Below, one piece after another: positions 12,954 to 25,882 of a stretch of DNA of 64,000 bases. The stretch's first letter is position 1. Every line of letters begins with the position of its first letter. The DNA comes from Camelus ferus (lineage: Eukaryota). Under the pieces are notes generated by a model. The model worked only from the letters and a program-made list of their open reading frames with translations. It did no database searches and was not told the DNA's origin. Made by a program: the position numbers and the translations under genes. The DNA is taken from positions 45,386,001 to 45,450,000 of the forward strand of contig NC_045696.1 in the NCBI RefSeq assembly GCF_009834535.1, written 5' to 3'.

Positions 12954-13358
12954 TGTTAACAAGTTGAATTGCGTTCCTGCTCTGCAATTCATGTTTCAGT
13001 CCTAACTGCTAGCATCTCAGAATGTGACTTCATTTAGATATAGGGCCTTTACAGAGATAATTAAGTTGAAGTGAGGCACTTGTTGTAGGCTCTAATCCAG
13101 TATGACTTATGTCCTTATAAAAAGTGGAATTTTGAACACAGAGATATGCATAGAGGGAAAATGATGTGAAGAGACCAAAAGGGAAGATGACCATCTATAA
13201 ACCAAGGATAGAGGCCTGAAACAGATCCTTCCTTCACAACCCTCAGAAGGAACCAAGGCTGCTGACACCTTGATCTCAGAATTGTCAAAAAATAAATTTC
13301 TTGTTTTAGCCATTCAGTGTGTGGTACTTTGTTACAGGAACCCTAGCAAACTAACACA
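12954..13358 (+). mobile_element. MaLR solo LTR (MLT1B-like)
   Basis: TG...CA termini, 'cagaatgtgact', 'gtggtactttgttacag..ccctagcaaactaacaca', exact 5-bp TSD ACTAC (12949-12953 and 13359-13363). Confidence 0.9.
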
Positions 13359-13928
13359 ACTACAATACATTGTATTACCCTCAAAAGAAACCATGTAGCC
13401 ATTAGCAGTCACTCCAGATTTCCTACAAAAACCCTTGTCTCCAAGCATAGGCAACTGCTTTCTGTCTACTTTCTGTCTCTACAGATTTGTCAATACTGAA
13501 TATTTCTATATTTAATGTATTGAGGAACTGGCTGTTTTCCACACTGTTTGCACACATTCCTCCCAGTAGTGTATGAGGGTTCCAATTCTCCACATCGTTA
13601 CCAACATTTGCTATTATGTCTTTTTGATTACAATTATCTTTGTGAGTGTGAAGTAATGTCTCATTGTGATTTGCATTTTCTTGATAGCTATTACTGTTGA
13701 TTATCTCTTCAAGTGCTTATTGGTTGTTTATATATTGTTATTGAAGAACTGTCTATTGTACATTAACTTGCCTTCTTATCTTTGTTGAAAATCCATTGAT
13801 CACTAATACATGGCGTTATTTTTCTACTCTCTATTCTGTCCTATTAATATACTTGTGTCTTTCAATGCAGTAACTGCACTGCCTTTATCTATCTGTTGAT
13901 ATTGTTGTCAATTCTACACTGTTTTGAT

Positions 13929-14104
13929 CAGGGCTGGGACTGAGGTAAAGCACGATGCCTAAATTTAAGGCATAAAATTTAAGGGGTAACTCACTCTCAG
14001 CTTTGTTCAAGTATCATCCTTGGATTTGTATGATGCCAAGAGTGGATGGTTCTTTAAATTTTTTTTCATAAGCACCTTCCCTGCCTCACTTGATCTGGGT
14101 TCTG
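13929..14104. mobile_element. MER91A-like palindromic hAT-Tip100 MITE
   Basis: 'cagggctgggact...aaatttaagggg..cactctcag' mirrored by 'gagtgg..ctttaaatttt...tgcctcac...ctg'; 8-bp TSD gttttgat/gtcttgat. Confidence 0.75.
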
Positions 14105-14744
14105 TCTTGATTACTATAGACTCATAGAAAGCCTTAAAGCAAAATAGTGTAAGTCCTCAAACTCTGTTCTTCTTTTTCAAAGTAGCTTAATAGATTTTTC
14201 CTCTGTACTTCTTAAGATGATCATATGGTTTTTATTTTTGCTTTAAAAAAATTTTAATAGGATGAATCACACAGATTTATTTTTGAATGTTAGACCATAT
14301 TTGCATTCTTTAGTTAATTCCTTTGATCAAGATGTGTTATCCTTTTAAATATTTTTTGGACATGATTTACTAAAAGTCTGCAAGGTATTCTTGCATCAGT
14401 ATTCATAGGGATATTTGTATGTAAATTTTCTTTTTTTTTTTTATGGCAATGCTGGCTTTTAAAATGAGTTGGAATGTATTCATTTTCCCCTATTTTTTCA
14501 TGTAATAGAAGATTTTCTGTAGACTTTATATTATTTCTCCTTAAATGTTTGGCAAATTTCATAGGCAAACCCATTCGGGTCTAGTGCCTTACGTGGCCAA
14601 CAAGTTTTTTAACAAAAATTTAACGTATCTAAGAGCTATCTACTTAGGCACTGATTTTTTTTAATATAATGAGCTTTGACTCTTGGTATATTTTAAGGAA
14701 TTTGTCCATTTCACTTAAGCTGTAGAACTTGTTGGCATAAGTTG

Positions 14745-15185
14745 TCCTGACCCTGGCCTCAGACAGCTTTCTCACACACATACACTGATCAGTACTCGGC
14801 TGAAAATTCCAGAGGGACCCCCTCTGAAGATCACTAGAGTCCTCTTTATGTATAGCTCTTTTCTCCAGGTCTCTTCTCTAGAACACTGCCCGGAGAACTC
14901 TAGCTGCCCTGGCTGCTCAGTACCATCACTTCATCGACCCTAGCAGCTCCCGGATTCCACCAGGGTTCCTTTTCCCTGCTGTCTGCTTTGAGCTTTCCTC
15001 CGCCCAGGAAGATCAGCATCATAGTGCTTGCATTGCTTGTTTACTTTCTCTCATGCATCACTGCCCCTACTTGTCTGAAGTCTATACTGTAAAGAACTGT
15101 TATTTCATCTATATTGTCTGATATTTGGTTTCAGAAATAAAGGTTTTTTTAGGTCCTTGTTTCTTCTTTTTGTCTGAAAGCAGAA
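14745..15185 (-). mobile_element. Old L1 5'-region fragment (L1MC/MD-like)
   Basis: 'cactgatcagtactcggctgaa..agagggacccc..ctctagctgccctggc' recalls antisense L1M 5' ends. Confidence 0.5.
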
Positions 15186-15529
15186 ATATTCTCCAATATA
15201 CTATTAAGTTAAAAAAAAGCAGCATTCGAAGTACATATATAGTATGACATGTATAGCACAGTATGACATACAATTTGTGAACATGTAGAGAAAAAAGCTA
15301 AAAAGACCAGTACCAAAATATTTATGATACATAGTTTCAAGTATTTATATTGCAGATTTCTCCATTTTTTTCTATTTTCTAAATTTTTCCATAGAGACCA
15401 TATATTGATTATATAATAAAAATAAAGCATTGATATTATAACAATAGAAAAACAGAACTAAATTGGGGGCTTAGAAATGAACACAACTTCAAACACGGAA
15501 TTTTCAATGCAGGTAGTGTAGGACATTTT

Positions 15530-15700
15530 CCCCCCTGTTTATTCATCATATTTCTATGAATGAAAGCCTGAGATTGCATTTGTTCTTTTTGCAGAAACAG
15601 TATCTCATTATTGACTTACTTTGAGCTTACAGTCAACAAAAACTCCCAGGTCTTTTCTCAGGAATTGCTTTCCAGCCCCAATTTTCTGCTTCCATTCCTT
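15530..15700 (-). mobile_element. CR1/L3 LINE ORF2 remnant
   Basis: ORF 15608-15805 ends 'RKDLGVFVDCKLKVSQ', matching the CR1 RT C-terminal motif EKDLGVLVDxKLNMSQ. Confidence 0.75.
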
Positions 15701-15974
15701 TTTATTATTTGAGGAAAGTTTAAGCTCCTTCTGTACAATAAGAACCGTATTATAATTACTTGACAAAAATAAAAACCAATTAAAATAATACAACAGATGC
15801 ATCACATAGTTTAAAAAGCTAAACAGTTACAAAAAGACTCCTGCTCCATGTACTACTCTTTAGTGGCAATCACTTTCACGTATTTTAGCTGATCTTAAGA
15901 TTTTGTCTCCATATTAAAACATGTGCACACATACTGCTATTTCTTGATTTTTCAGTTTTAAGAATTGTCTACAA

Positions 15975-16672
15975 TGGAAAGTAAGATTCTAATAAGACAT
16001 CCCTGAACCCTGTCTCCTGGCGTCCACACCTCTGTGTGACCATGCCCCTCCCCACTTTTGAATTTCAGTTTAGGAAGGATGTACAATTTGCTTCTAATCA
16101 ATAGAACATGGCAAAGTTCAAAGAATACTACTCCTGTGATTATATTACATTATATGGCAAAAGTATAGGGTGCTTTTTTTTTTTTTTTTGTAATTAAGCC
16201 CCCTAATAGTTGGTTTTAAGTTCTCCAAAAAGGAAATTATCCTGTGTGGGCCTGATCTAATCAGGAAAGTCTTAAAAGACAGTCTTGAGGCATGTGACTG
16301 GAACATTTCTTCCCCACCACCGCACGCGCGTGCGTGTGTGTGTTGCTAGATTTGAAGAACCAAGCTGCCATGACTCTGCAGCTGCAAGAAAATGAATTCT
16401 GCTAACAACCTGAGGGAACTGGGCTGTGGATCTTTTGATAGTTGAGCCTCCAGATGAGAATGCAGCACAGCCACCAACTTGATTTCAGCCCTGGAGACCG
16501 TTAGCACTGGACCCACCCAGCCAAGGGGTGCCCTGACTTCTAACTTTCAGAAACTGTATGCTAATAAAAAGCACTATGGTAATGTTTTATTACAGTGCAG
16601 AAATTGGGTAAATGATGCAGAAATGATCAGTGTGTGGTAATTTCATACACAGCAATTAAAAAAACTAATGTA
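15975..16672 (+). mobile_element. MaLR solo LTR (MLT1E-like)
   Basis: 'gattatattacattatatggcaaaag', 'aaatgaattctgctaacaacctgaggga', 'gagcctccagatgagaatgcagc', ends 'aaactaat'. Confidence 0.8.
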
Positions 16673-18404
16673 TCTACTTACTTCCTGTTAGGAAATAGCT
16701 ATCTTTCACCATTCATTCTCCCAACTATATCTTTGCTCCCACCACTACATATGTGCATACCTCTCATCTTTCTATCCTTTGAATATAAATGTATAACAAT
16801 TTGGGAAAGGTAGGTATTTAGTGTTTATATAATACAGATTATACTACTCACAACTGAGCCATGAAACATATTGTTTCTCTGAATAATTGTCATTTTTTTT
16901 TTTGCTGTTTTGTGTTCTTCACAACTTTGAATATTGACTTAAAATTTTTTATGTTTATAGGCTGATTTTGCTGAAGTTCCAGAATTCTAATCACTTACCC
17001 CAAAAGACTACTTTTCATACTCCATCCATTCCCTCCCTTTAGGATTAGAATTGTATCATATGTCACCTCACAGGTGTTCTCCTAGAAAGAGGATGATCAG
17101 CGGACCTGCTGGCATTTAGAGGGACCACAGCTTGATTCTTTTCTTTCATGACTTGCTCATAGGATGACATGGTACAAATTATCTTCAAAATCGGAAAAAC
17201 TGCTTCACTCAGGGTAACTGTGACTAATTTTTCCTCACAACACAACCCCTCCCAGATTAGTGGGTCTCTGCTTATTTCTAGATTTAACTCTCTTCACTGG
17301 ACTATGTTGCTGGCAGTACTAGTATATCTTGATTCAAAGTCTGGCTTTGCTAAGACGAGGGTCAAAGTCGGATCTCTGCAGAATATCCAATGACTTTTCT
17401 TTAAAAAGAGAGTTATTTCTTCAAACATTTTTGGACATGGCTGTGCCTGTTAGTTGATTTAAAATCACAGTCTTTAGGTCTTTAAACACGTCTAAAATTA
17501 AAATAAAATAATAGTGAACTCAAAGAGGGCAGATAACTGTCAAGTTGTAGTCTCTCACCCATTACTGGGAAAAGGCTTTTTAAGGCAGAATGTCTCTGAG
17601 GGGCCACATATCTGAATTTCCTTTTTCTTTGCTTCTTGGCTGGTTGAGTTCAAATACCTACATAAAACACACACAGGTCTCTGGATTCCTTTTGTATAAA
17701 AGGCATGAAATTATTTTAAAGGAAATATAAATTTAGGAGGATTGAGATTTTAATGGAGTGCCAAGATGTAAAAACATTTATTCGCCAATGCTGCAGGGTC
17801 AGATGTTGAAGATCACAAAGATGAGATGGGTATAGGGTTCATGCATACAAGACAGGTTGTGGTTGAAAATTATGGTAATATAGTGGGAGAAGAATGGAAC
17901 TGGTGGGAGGGATTTTTTTTTTTTTTTTTTCTTTTTTTGGATCTTGAAGTATCTTTGCGAAAGCCTCTTTCTGAGTTAGGCTTGGCCTGAGTCATTGCCA
18001 GTCAATGGGTCTCTACGCTAATGAGTTAGCTGATTATCTGAGAGTCCACAAATACAAAGTGAGGTTGGTATCAGTACATGGTTACCTGTATTAGTAGCAA
18101 ACATCTGAAAATCCTACCCAATTGTAAACTTTAAGCATCTTACACTTTAATTTTTTCTCCCGATTTTATCAATTAAGAGTATGCTCTTTTGCTAACAGGT
18201 TAAACCATCCATATTGTAACTGAAGAGAAACCTAGTCTCTACAAAATCATTTTCCCATTATTTTTAAAGCAAATTTTCTATTGCCTAGGCATGAGATCTC
18301 AGATAGAACTTTATTTCATAAATATATATGGTAATTAAGAATCCTAAAATGTATTAATAGGTGCTGTGTTAACATAAATACAACCACTGTTCTTACTATT
18401 ACTA

Positions 18405-18625
18405 CTTTTGGCTAACATTTTTTGTGCTTTTATGTGCTATTTACGATTAGTGCCATTTTACAAATTATCTCATTTTATAGTCTCAACAAACCTCTCTGGT
18501 ATTCTTATCCACACATTTTTACAGAAAGGAGACTGATGCTAATGGAGGTAGCTTAACTTCAATGAATGAATAAATGGTGGAGCTGAGATTTTGATCCAGT
18601 TTTGATTGTGCTCTTCCTACCTCTA
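18405..18625 (-). mobile_element. MIR SINE
   Basis: Antisense core 'catttttacagaaaggagactga' and 'ggtggagctgagattt'. Confidence 0.6.
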
Positions 18626-19949
18626 TGCCAGGAGATATGGGAATATTTCTAACTTTCATTCCAGATTCATGCTATCTGGCAAGCTGGGGGAGTTATATAG
18701 AGAAGTTAAATCTTTGACAGACTTGACAAAATTCAGAGTGGAAGTGTACAGGGGTTTCATGCTATAGGACTAAGTCCTTGGGAATGCTTCCCAAGGACAG
18801 AGGAGGCAAAACGAGACATCACCTCTAAATGAGGCAGAAATTAGCATCTGTTTGCCCATATGCACACATCATCATGAATAAATATGGTAGCAAGACAAAC
18901 ATATACAGCAAGGGGAAGACATTAGCAAACTAATGAAATGGAGCTTAGTTTTCATTCTATTGTGAAGAACAATCATTTGTTGTCTAGTCTCATGATCAAA
19001 GTCACTCACTTCTGTCCCCACACAAGATCCCATTTCCTCTATGAACTACACTTGATTATTCTCTGTATTGAAATTCCAGTGGGTGTCCCTCTCCTAAAAT
19101 TCTTCCTCCAAATCCATTCTTCACACTGTCACCAAAATAATCTTCCTGTGACTTAGATTTGATACCACTATCCAGTTTGGAAACAGGAATTTTTTTTTCA
19201 TTATTCATTAACAGACTAATCCTCATCTTTTATAAGGATATCCAGCCTCCTTTAGAAACTCCTGACCTTTTTTTTTTTTTTCATCTTTTTTTCTCATTAA
19301 AAATCTGCCCTCCCCCAAGACCATATCTATATTTTCAGGGCTCAACGGGGAAACTGTGGTAATTATCAGCTCTCAGATTCAAGCAGCCTGTCTACAGACT
19401 TACGAATCATCTCTCCAGAGACTGTTATCAAGTTGGCTCTGGATTTGTTCATTTCATGGGCGCTGACTACAGCTTTAGACTGAGAAAGGCTTCATTAAAC
19501 GGAATGATGGGGGGGCTTATTAATGAACAGATACAAAGCGATGAAGGACCTAATTATAAAGAGAACATGCAATGCTCTTAAGATTGAAGAAGAGAAAAAT
19601 TCAATAAATTTATTGTAAACTCAAAGATTGAAAAAGCAATTTAAAAGGTCTAGAATTAAAACACATTATTTAGGAATCAAGCTTGCTCAGAAAATCAAGG
19701 AGATTTGGGATTGTTTTTTTTAAAGACCCTTTATTATTACTTTCAAATTAGAAGGAAGAGATTTTTTTTAAAGAAAAGAAAGATCCACTGACTTAGCTGC
19801 AAGAAAAGACAAGGGGGAAAAAAAAAAAGCCTGCAAGATAAGGCTTAATGTATTAGAGAACAGCTAGTTAGAAAGTTATGAAAGGGAAAGATGTCCCCAA
19901 GTTAGCCTGCTGCTTTTTCCTTTATCTCCGCCTCTCCCATTCTTTTACT

Positions 19950-20430
19950 TTTAAATATTTTAACTATTTATTTTATTGTTATTTTGAAATAATTTCAGAC
20001 TTACAGAGAAGTTTCAAAAATAGGACAATTCTCAGATACCCATTACTCAGATCCCTAAAGTATTATTTTACCACATTAACATTCACTCTCTCTCTGAATC
20101 ATTTAAGAGCAAGTTGCTGCTATGATGCCTTTTTAATTATAAGTTCCATATTATTTCTTCAAAACAGACATCTTTTTTCATGCCACAATAGAATTATTAA
20201 AATCATGAAGATGACATTGATAAAATCATTGTGATTTAGATACCTTATTCAAATTTCACCAATTGTCCTATGAATGTCCATTATAGCAAAAGAAAAAGAC
20301 ATTTTTTTTTTCTGGCCCAGTATTACCTTTTGCATTTATTTATTTTATATTTTTAATCTACTTTAATCCCAACCCATCTTTCTTGACCGTGACATTTTTG
20401 AAGAGTATAAGCTCCTTACTTTGCAAAATG
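19950..20430 (-). mobile_element. L1MC-like 3' end
   Basis: 'ttattttgaaataatttcagacttacagagaagttt', 'ccttattcaaatttcaccaattgtcc'. Confidence 0.7.
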
Positions 20431-20439
20431 TCCTCATTC

Positions 20440-21800
20440 TCTCTTGAAACCATCCTAATGGCTTTTGCCTCCACCTAAACTGTTCTTCTCAAGCCCACCA
20501 GTGACCTCCATGCTATATCTAATGGTCCATTCTTCGTTCTATTTTTGTGTGACCTAAATTCAACATTTTACACAGTAGATCACTCACTAGCTCTCATTAG
20601 CTCTTTTCTTCTCTTGTCTTCTATGACACCACATTCTCCTAGATTTCCTTCTCCCTCACTGGACAATCCTCAGCCTCCTTTTCTGCTTTCCTTTCACTAT
20701 ACCTATTCCTTTCACCTTAAATACCACGTATACTTTACAACAACCAATTTTTATCTTCAATTTGGATCTCTCCTCTGAACCCCAGAACTGTTACATTCCC
20801 ACTCTGCTGGCCAATTGGCATTTCAGACTTAAAAATATTTAAAATCAAATTTGTGATGTTCCCTGTCTTCACTTCAAAACATGCTCTCTCTTCAGTCTTC
20901 CCAATAGTAGGAAATAGTGCCTTATTTTCCCAGTAAATAGATTAAATCTTTGTCATTTTTCCAGTTAATCAAAAAAAAAAAAAATCTGGGTCATAGTTGA
21001 CCTCTCTCTTTCTTTCACACTCTTCACAAAAGTGGTCAAATTTCTCATTTGCCTGACCATTAAAATATACCTAGAATCTCATGATTGTTGTTCACCTCAG
21101 TTCCAAGTATAATGTTCTCTTATCTAGATAATGGAGGCAGCTTCTGAAGTTGTCTCCCTGTTTCTGCCATTGTCCCCTAAGATCTATTTCCAATAAGGCA
21201 ACAAAAGTCCTCCTTTTAAAGTGTAAACCACATCATGTCACTCCTGCTCAAATCTCTCCAATATTTCCCCTTCTCCTTCAGAGTAAGAGCCAAAAAATTA
21301 TCAGTGCTCTATGGAGACTACTATAATTTCAATTCACTTTCTCGCCCTTACTTTTCATGTCTGTCCTCATCTTCTATTATTTCTTTTTCTCCTTTTGCTC
21401 CATGGACATTGGCTTCTTTGTTGCTCCTTAACACACCAGTTGCTCTGTCATCAACTGTATAGCAACTGCGGTGTTCATCTACCTGGCTGGCTCCTCCCTG
21501 ATGTCTGCTCGGTCTACCACCGTGTCTCCTTCAGGTCTTCATTTAAATGCCAACAATGAGGCACTAAAATTAGCACTGAGGCTGGCCCTGACACACAATT
21601 TAAAATTACAGGTACTAACCACTAGCCATCTGTACTTTATTTTATTCTACAGGATTTACTGCCATCTACCATACTATATATTATACTTCTTTATTATTGT
21701 TGGTCTCTTTCTACTAGGATATTAACTCTAATTTTTAATCTTTTGTTTACTGCTATACTCCCAATGTCTGATGAAGATTAGGTATTTGATAAATATTTGA
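20440..21800 (+). mobile_element. L2 LINE 3' portion
   Basis: 'caccagtgacctccatg', 'catgtcactcctgctcaaa', degenerate 3' end 'taggtatttgataaatatttga'. Confidence 0.75.
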
Positions 21801-21899
21801 GGAAAGAAAAGATAGACAAAATATGTCTGTGTTTCTCCTGGTTTTCTTGCTTCTTCCTTCACCACTGGCATTTAGTTTAATCTTCACTTTGCAGCCAGT

Positions 21900-22520
21900 A
21901 TGGCCATTTAAAATTGTTTAAATTGAAGACCAGATCTCTTAAAAAGTAAATCTAATCATCCACTTTTCTTCTCAGAATTTTCCCTCTGGCTTCAGGGTAA
22001 AATTCAAAGTTATCAAGATCTGTAAGGCCCAGCAGGGTCTATTCTTTCATCCTGTCCTTCCCTGCCTGGTTTTGCTGTTTCTAGAGCACAATAAGCACAT
22101 GCTCCATTAAAAAAGAAAGAAAGAAAGAGAGAAAGGGAGAAAGAGAGGAACAGAGAGTGGGAGAGAGGAAGAGAGAGGGGGAGAGAGAAGAAAGGAATGA
22201 AAGAAAAAGTCTTCTCAATGCCAGTACATGCCACAGACTCTAATATGTTTTTTCTGGTTCTATTTTCACTTATCACCACTTAGCTCTATATCTCTATCTA
22301 TGTATCTATCTGAACATGCATGTATGTAATATGTATGCATGTAACTCTCTTTCTTTATGTATAATCTATCAATCATGTAACTAAACTCTATTCATCTAGT
22401 TATCTACCATTTATTGCCTGTCTTCTACTAGAAATGTAAACTCTTGTGAGGATAAAAAAATTCTAGGAGCATTCCAGGTACATACTAGATACTCACTAAT
22501 AATCACTGTTTAAAGTAAAT
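21900..22520 (+). mobile_element. L2 fragment interrupted by simple repeats
   Basis: 'ctactagaaatgtaaactcttgtgagg...ggtacatactagatactcactaa' resembles the L2 3' end. Confidence 0.55.
22109..22209 (+). repeat. GA-rich polypurine tract ((GAAA)n/(GA)n)
   Basis: About 100 bp of almost pure purines. Confidence 0.9.
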
Positions 22521-22599
22521 AAATATTTTATAAAAATACTTTATTTTCCTTTAATAGTATTTTTTAAGAGCATTAACTGTTCTCTTTCAATTTAATTTT

Positions 22600-23300
22600 A
22601 AAATTCATATAGTCATTCATTTTTTGGATAAATCATTTACTCAAGCAAGTTGCTATTCTTGGACATTAGAGTTTTCTTCTCCCCCTCCATTTTTTTGATA
22701 TCACAGCAGTGGCATAGAAATGTAAATAGCCAAATCTCTGTACATATCTATGCTATTTCATTAGAACAAATCCTCATAATAATCAAACTATTGGGTCAAT
22801 GGGTTTTGCACATTTTAAAGCTTTCCTAGTCCTTGAGAAATTGAATTGATCTAAAAAAAATTACATCCCTACCAGCAGGGTTGATAATGATCTTTATGCC
22901 ACATCCTCACCAGTACTGTTATATCATTTAAAATTTTTTTTATTTTTCTCATTTTAAAATATTTGTGTCATTAATATTATTTTTCCATGTTTCCTGATAA
23001 TTTTTGCATAAGAGTGCCTTTTTTAGGAATGATCTATCCCCGTTCTTTCCATATTTTTAAAACAGTAAGCATGATTTTTCTCATTAACCTTTCAATTTAT
23101 ACTTTTAAAAGCAATAATAATTTCATTTATATATTTAACTTTTTCCACAATTAGTGGAATTTAAATTTGTTGTTATTTGATGTAACAATTTAATTTTTAT
23201 GCAGTCAAATATTTTTTCTATTAATCCCATATATAGAAAATATTTTTCTTACTCAATAATATGGAAACACTTAAGAATATTTTTATTCATTTTTTTCCTA
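22600..23300 (-). mobile_element. Very old L1ME-like fragment
   Basis: T-rich, with 'ttacatccctaccagcag', 'ccacatcctcaccagtactg' and 'tttttatgcagtcaaat'. Confidence 0.55.
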
Positions 23301-24714
23301 CTATGACACTGTTTTAATGGCTGTATTCTATTTTGTCCTGTTTATGTGCTATGAAGTTTCAACAAATGTAGGGTTTAATTTGTAAAGTCAGCAATTTAGA
23401 AAGTAAGACAAAAATCACTAAGGGTCAAATTTACATCTGATTGCTGTTTCTTTGAATGAACACCAGATGAATTAGTTGGATTAAGTTTAGAATGTTCATA
23501 CGCCAGTTATCATTTAAGATGATCCCACCAAGTGGTGAAGTGAAGGGATGAGTGGCAGAATTGTCTCCCAAATATTTTTTCTGGGACCTAAACTTCTGAG
23601 GGAAGGCTTTGTGTTGGGTTACATGGACATCACTATTTAAATAATTTCTCTTTCTGTCGTAAAAGCACTTAGTCTAAATAAATGTGCATACAATGGCATT
23701 AGAAATTAAGATGACTTATTTCTGTGTTGTATTTAAGTTATTTTCAATTTTCCATTGTCATATATAATATTGTGACTTACAATGTTGTGCACGTTTCTCT
23801 TTACACCTTTACCATTTTCTAAAAGTGGATCAAAATTTACAAATATTTTTTAGGATCTTAAATGCTGTATGCTGGCCAATAGGTTTCTGGAAAGATTGTA
23901 ACAATTTACATTTATATGAGATGTTTGGCAATTTGTCTTAAGACAGGTAGGAGTTTTATCATTACAAATGGAAGAAAAAGCACTTTATGCTTAATGAGTA
24001 GCATAAACAAAGACAATGAAATATGATAATGCAGGAATAGTTAGTGAAAGGCAAGCTATCTGATCCATGGAAAGGGCTTTAACTCGTGATTGAATCTGGA
24101 TTCATGTGAAAAATTGATAGATGTTTTACTGTCATAATTCTCCAAGACTAGATTGGTTACTTACTGCAGTTATAGTAGTTTACATATTATATTGTAAAAC
24201 CATAGGCAAATTCATATTATATTAATATTTGTGCTATAATAATAGTTGTTTCCAAATTACCTATTATAAGCTTGGAACATAAGTGATGCTCAAAAATAAT
24301 TATTGAATGAAAAAGTTGGTATTGCATAAAAATGGGGGAAAATTAAATGTTAACTGTCTTTTGCTTTTGATACTGAATTCCTGGTTGCCTGTATAATTGA
24401 TTTGGTAATTAGTAATAAGTACAATGTCTTTTGGCATTTTAAAATGTTTTGAATTATTTCTGTAACATTATTTAACGTTTTAGGTAATTGGTTTTTTTTT
24501 TTCCATATCTTAATTGCAAATATTTTGAGATCAAGAATGATGTTTAATTTATTTCAGCATCACTGCTTTCCATTATAACCTAAATATATTCCTAAAATGT
24601 ATAAAGGGAATATTCAAATGAAGGCAAGAGATCACATAAACAGTTTACATGACAATACTAACCTGTCTGTATTTTTCTCTGTGTTTAGAATCACAAAAAA
24701 ATAAAAGGTTACCA

Positions 24715-24880
24715 AACTCACTGGCTCTGGCCATAGTTTGCTCTGTGACTTTGGATCTGTTATTTTTATCTATTGCTGTATGTGAAAAATTGGGGTAGTA
24801 GTATCTATTTTTATGACTACTGTAAATATTAAATGAAATATTAAGTGTTATATAGCACCTAGTAATAACTGAAATTTATT
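24715..24880 (+). mobile_element. MIR SINE
   Basis: 'ctgtgactttgg...tgtgaaaaattgggg...aatattaaatgaaata...tatagcacctag'. Confidence 0.55.
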
Positions 24881-25791
24881 AAAACTCTAAAAATAAGATG
24901 GAAGCTTTCTACCCCCATCCACACCTCTGGAATTTCCAGTGTTCCTAGGGTCTGGGATGGACTTATCCTGACCTGTAGATCTTGAGGCCATAAGAGTATC
25001 TTCTTCAGAGTGACTTCCACCAGTAGAGTCACAGTACCTACTGTCTACATACATACATTTAACTTTCCTTTAATTTTGTATATTTCATGGTGGCAGGGAT
25101 CTATGAAGGAAAGTGGTTTCTCCTTGGCAGGCTGTCCTGAAAGAAAGCAAATGGATTTTGTTTTTTGAAAAATTAAGTGGTGTGTGTATGTGTCTATCTC
25201 CCACATAATACTGAAGACCACAAAATAAAATACCAAAAGGAACCTAGATGACCTTAAGGCTAAGTTGTAATTCTTTAGATTCTGAGTTCCTCAATTCTAC
25301 AATTGAGTGTGTCTTGTTCATAAGCTTGTGAAACATTTAGATTAAGCGTAGTGGTTGAACAGATCTTAGAGGAATGAGGTAAATGGAAATGCAGTGGCTT
25401 GAATTCACAGAAGAGTTAATATGCAGGTTATTTTTTAAGAAAAATGAAGACAGATTTTTATAGTGAGGATGTGGGCAGTGGGTGAATAAACTGGATGAAA
25501 AGGTGCCCTCTACACCTTTTAAATTGCTTTTTCTCAACTCTTTAAGTAAATACCTCCGGAAATGGGTATCAATCTTTGCTTACTGAATAGAGCCAAAGAC
25601 ATTCATCAAAGAGGCAGATAGAAGACTAATTTTTTATTGTTATATAAACAAGGAGAATTAGGAGTAGAGGGCTTATTTCCATGTTCTTAGTGTTTGCCCA
25701 TGTATTTAGCATTAAGAAAACAGAAAAACATTTCCACTTTTCATTGTATTTAAAATGATATATCCTTGCACTTGAAAAGCCATTTTTCAAG

Positions 25792-25794
<3 letters not shown>

Positions 25795-25853
<59 letters not shown>

Positions 25854-25882
25854 CACACACACACACATCTATACACACACAC
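25795..25882. repeat. Compound microsatellite (AT)14(GT)12(AT)3(AC)7, then more (AC)n
   Basis: Read directly from sequence. Confidence 0.95.

Larger units (their letters stand above)
11280..14740 (-). mobile_element. Old antisense L1 fragments (L1MB/MC/ME-like) interrupted by nested elements
   Basis: Antisense 3' UTR and ORF2 motifs; ORF 14314-14574 translates to decayed RT ('IPMNTDARIPCRLLVNHVQKIFKRITHLDQ', compare [31 protein letters not shown]). Confidence 0.75.

Noticed and set aside
17063..17400. Coding-looking unique stretch after a minus-strand acceptor
   Set aside because: Stops in all three frames within about 105 nt of the acceptor, weak donor, no recognised homolog
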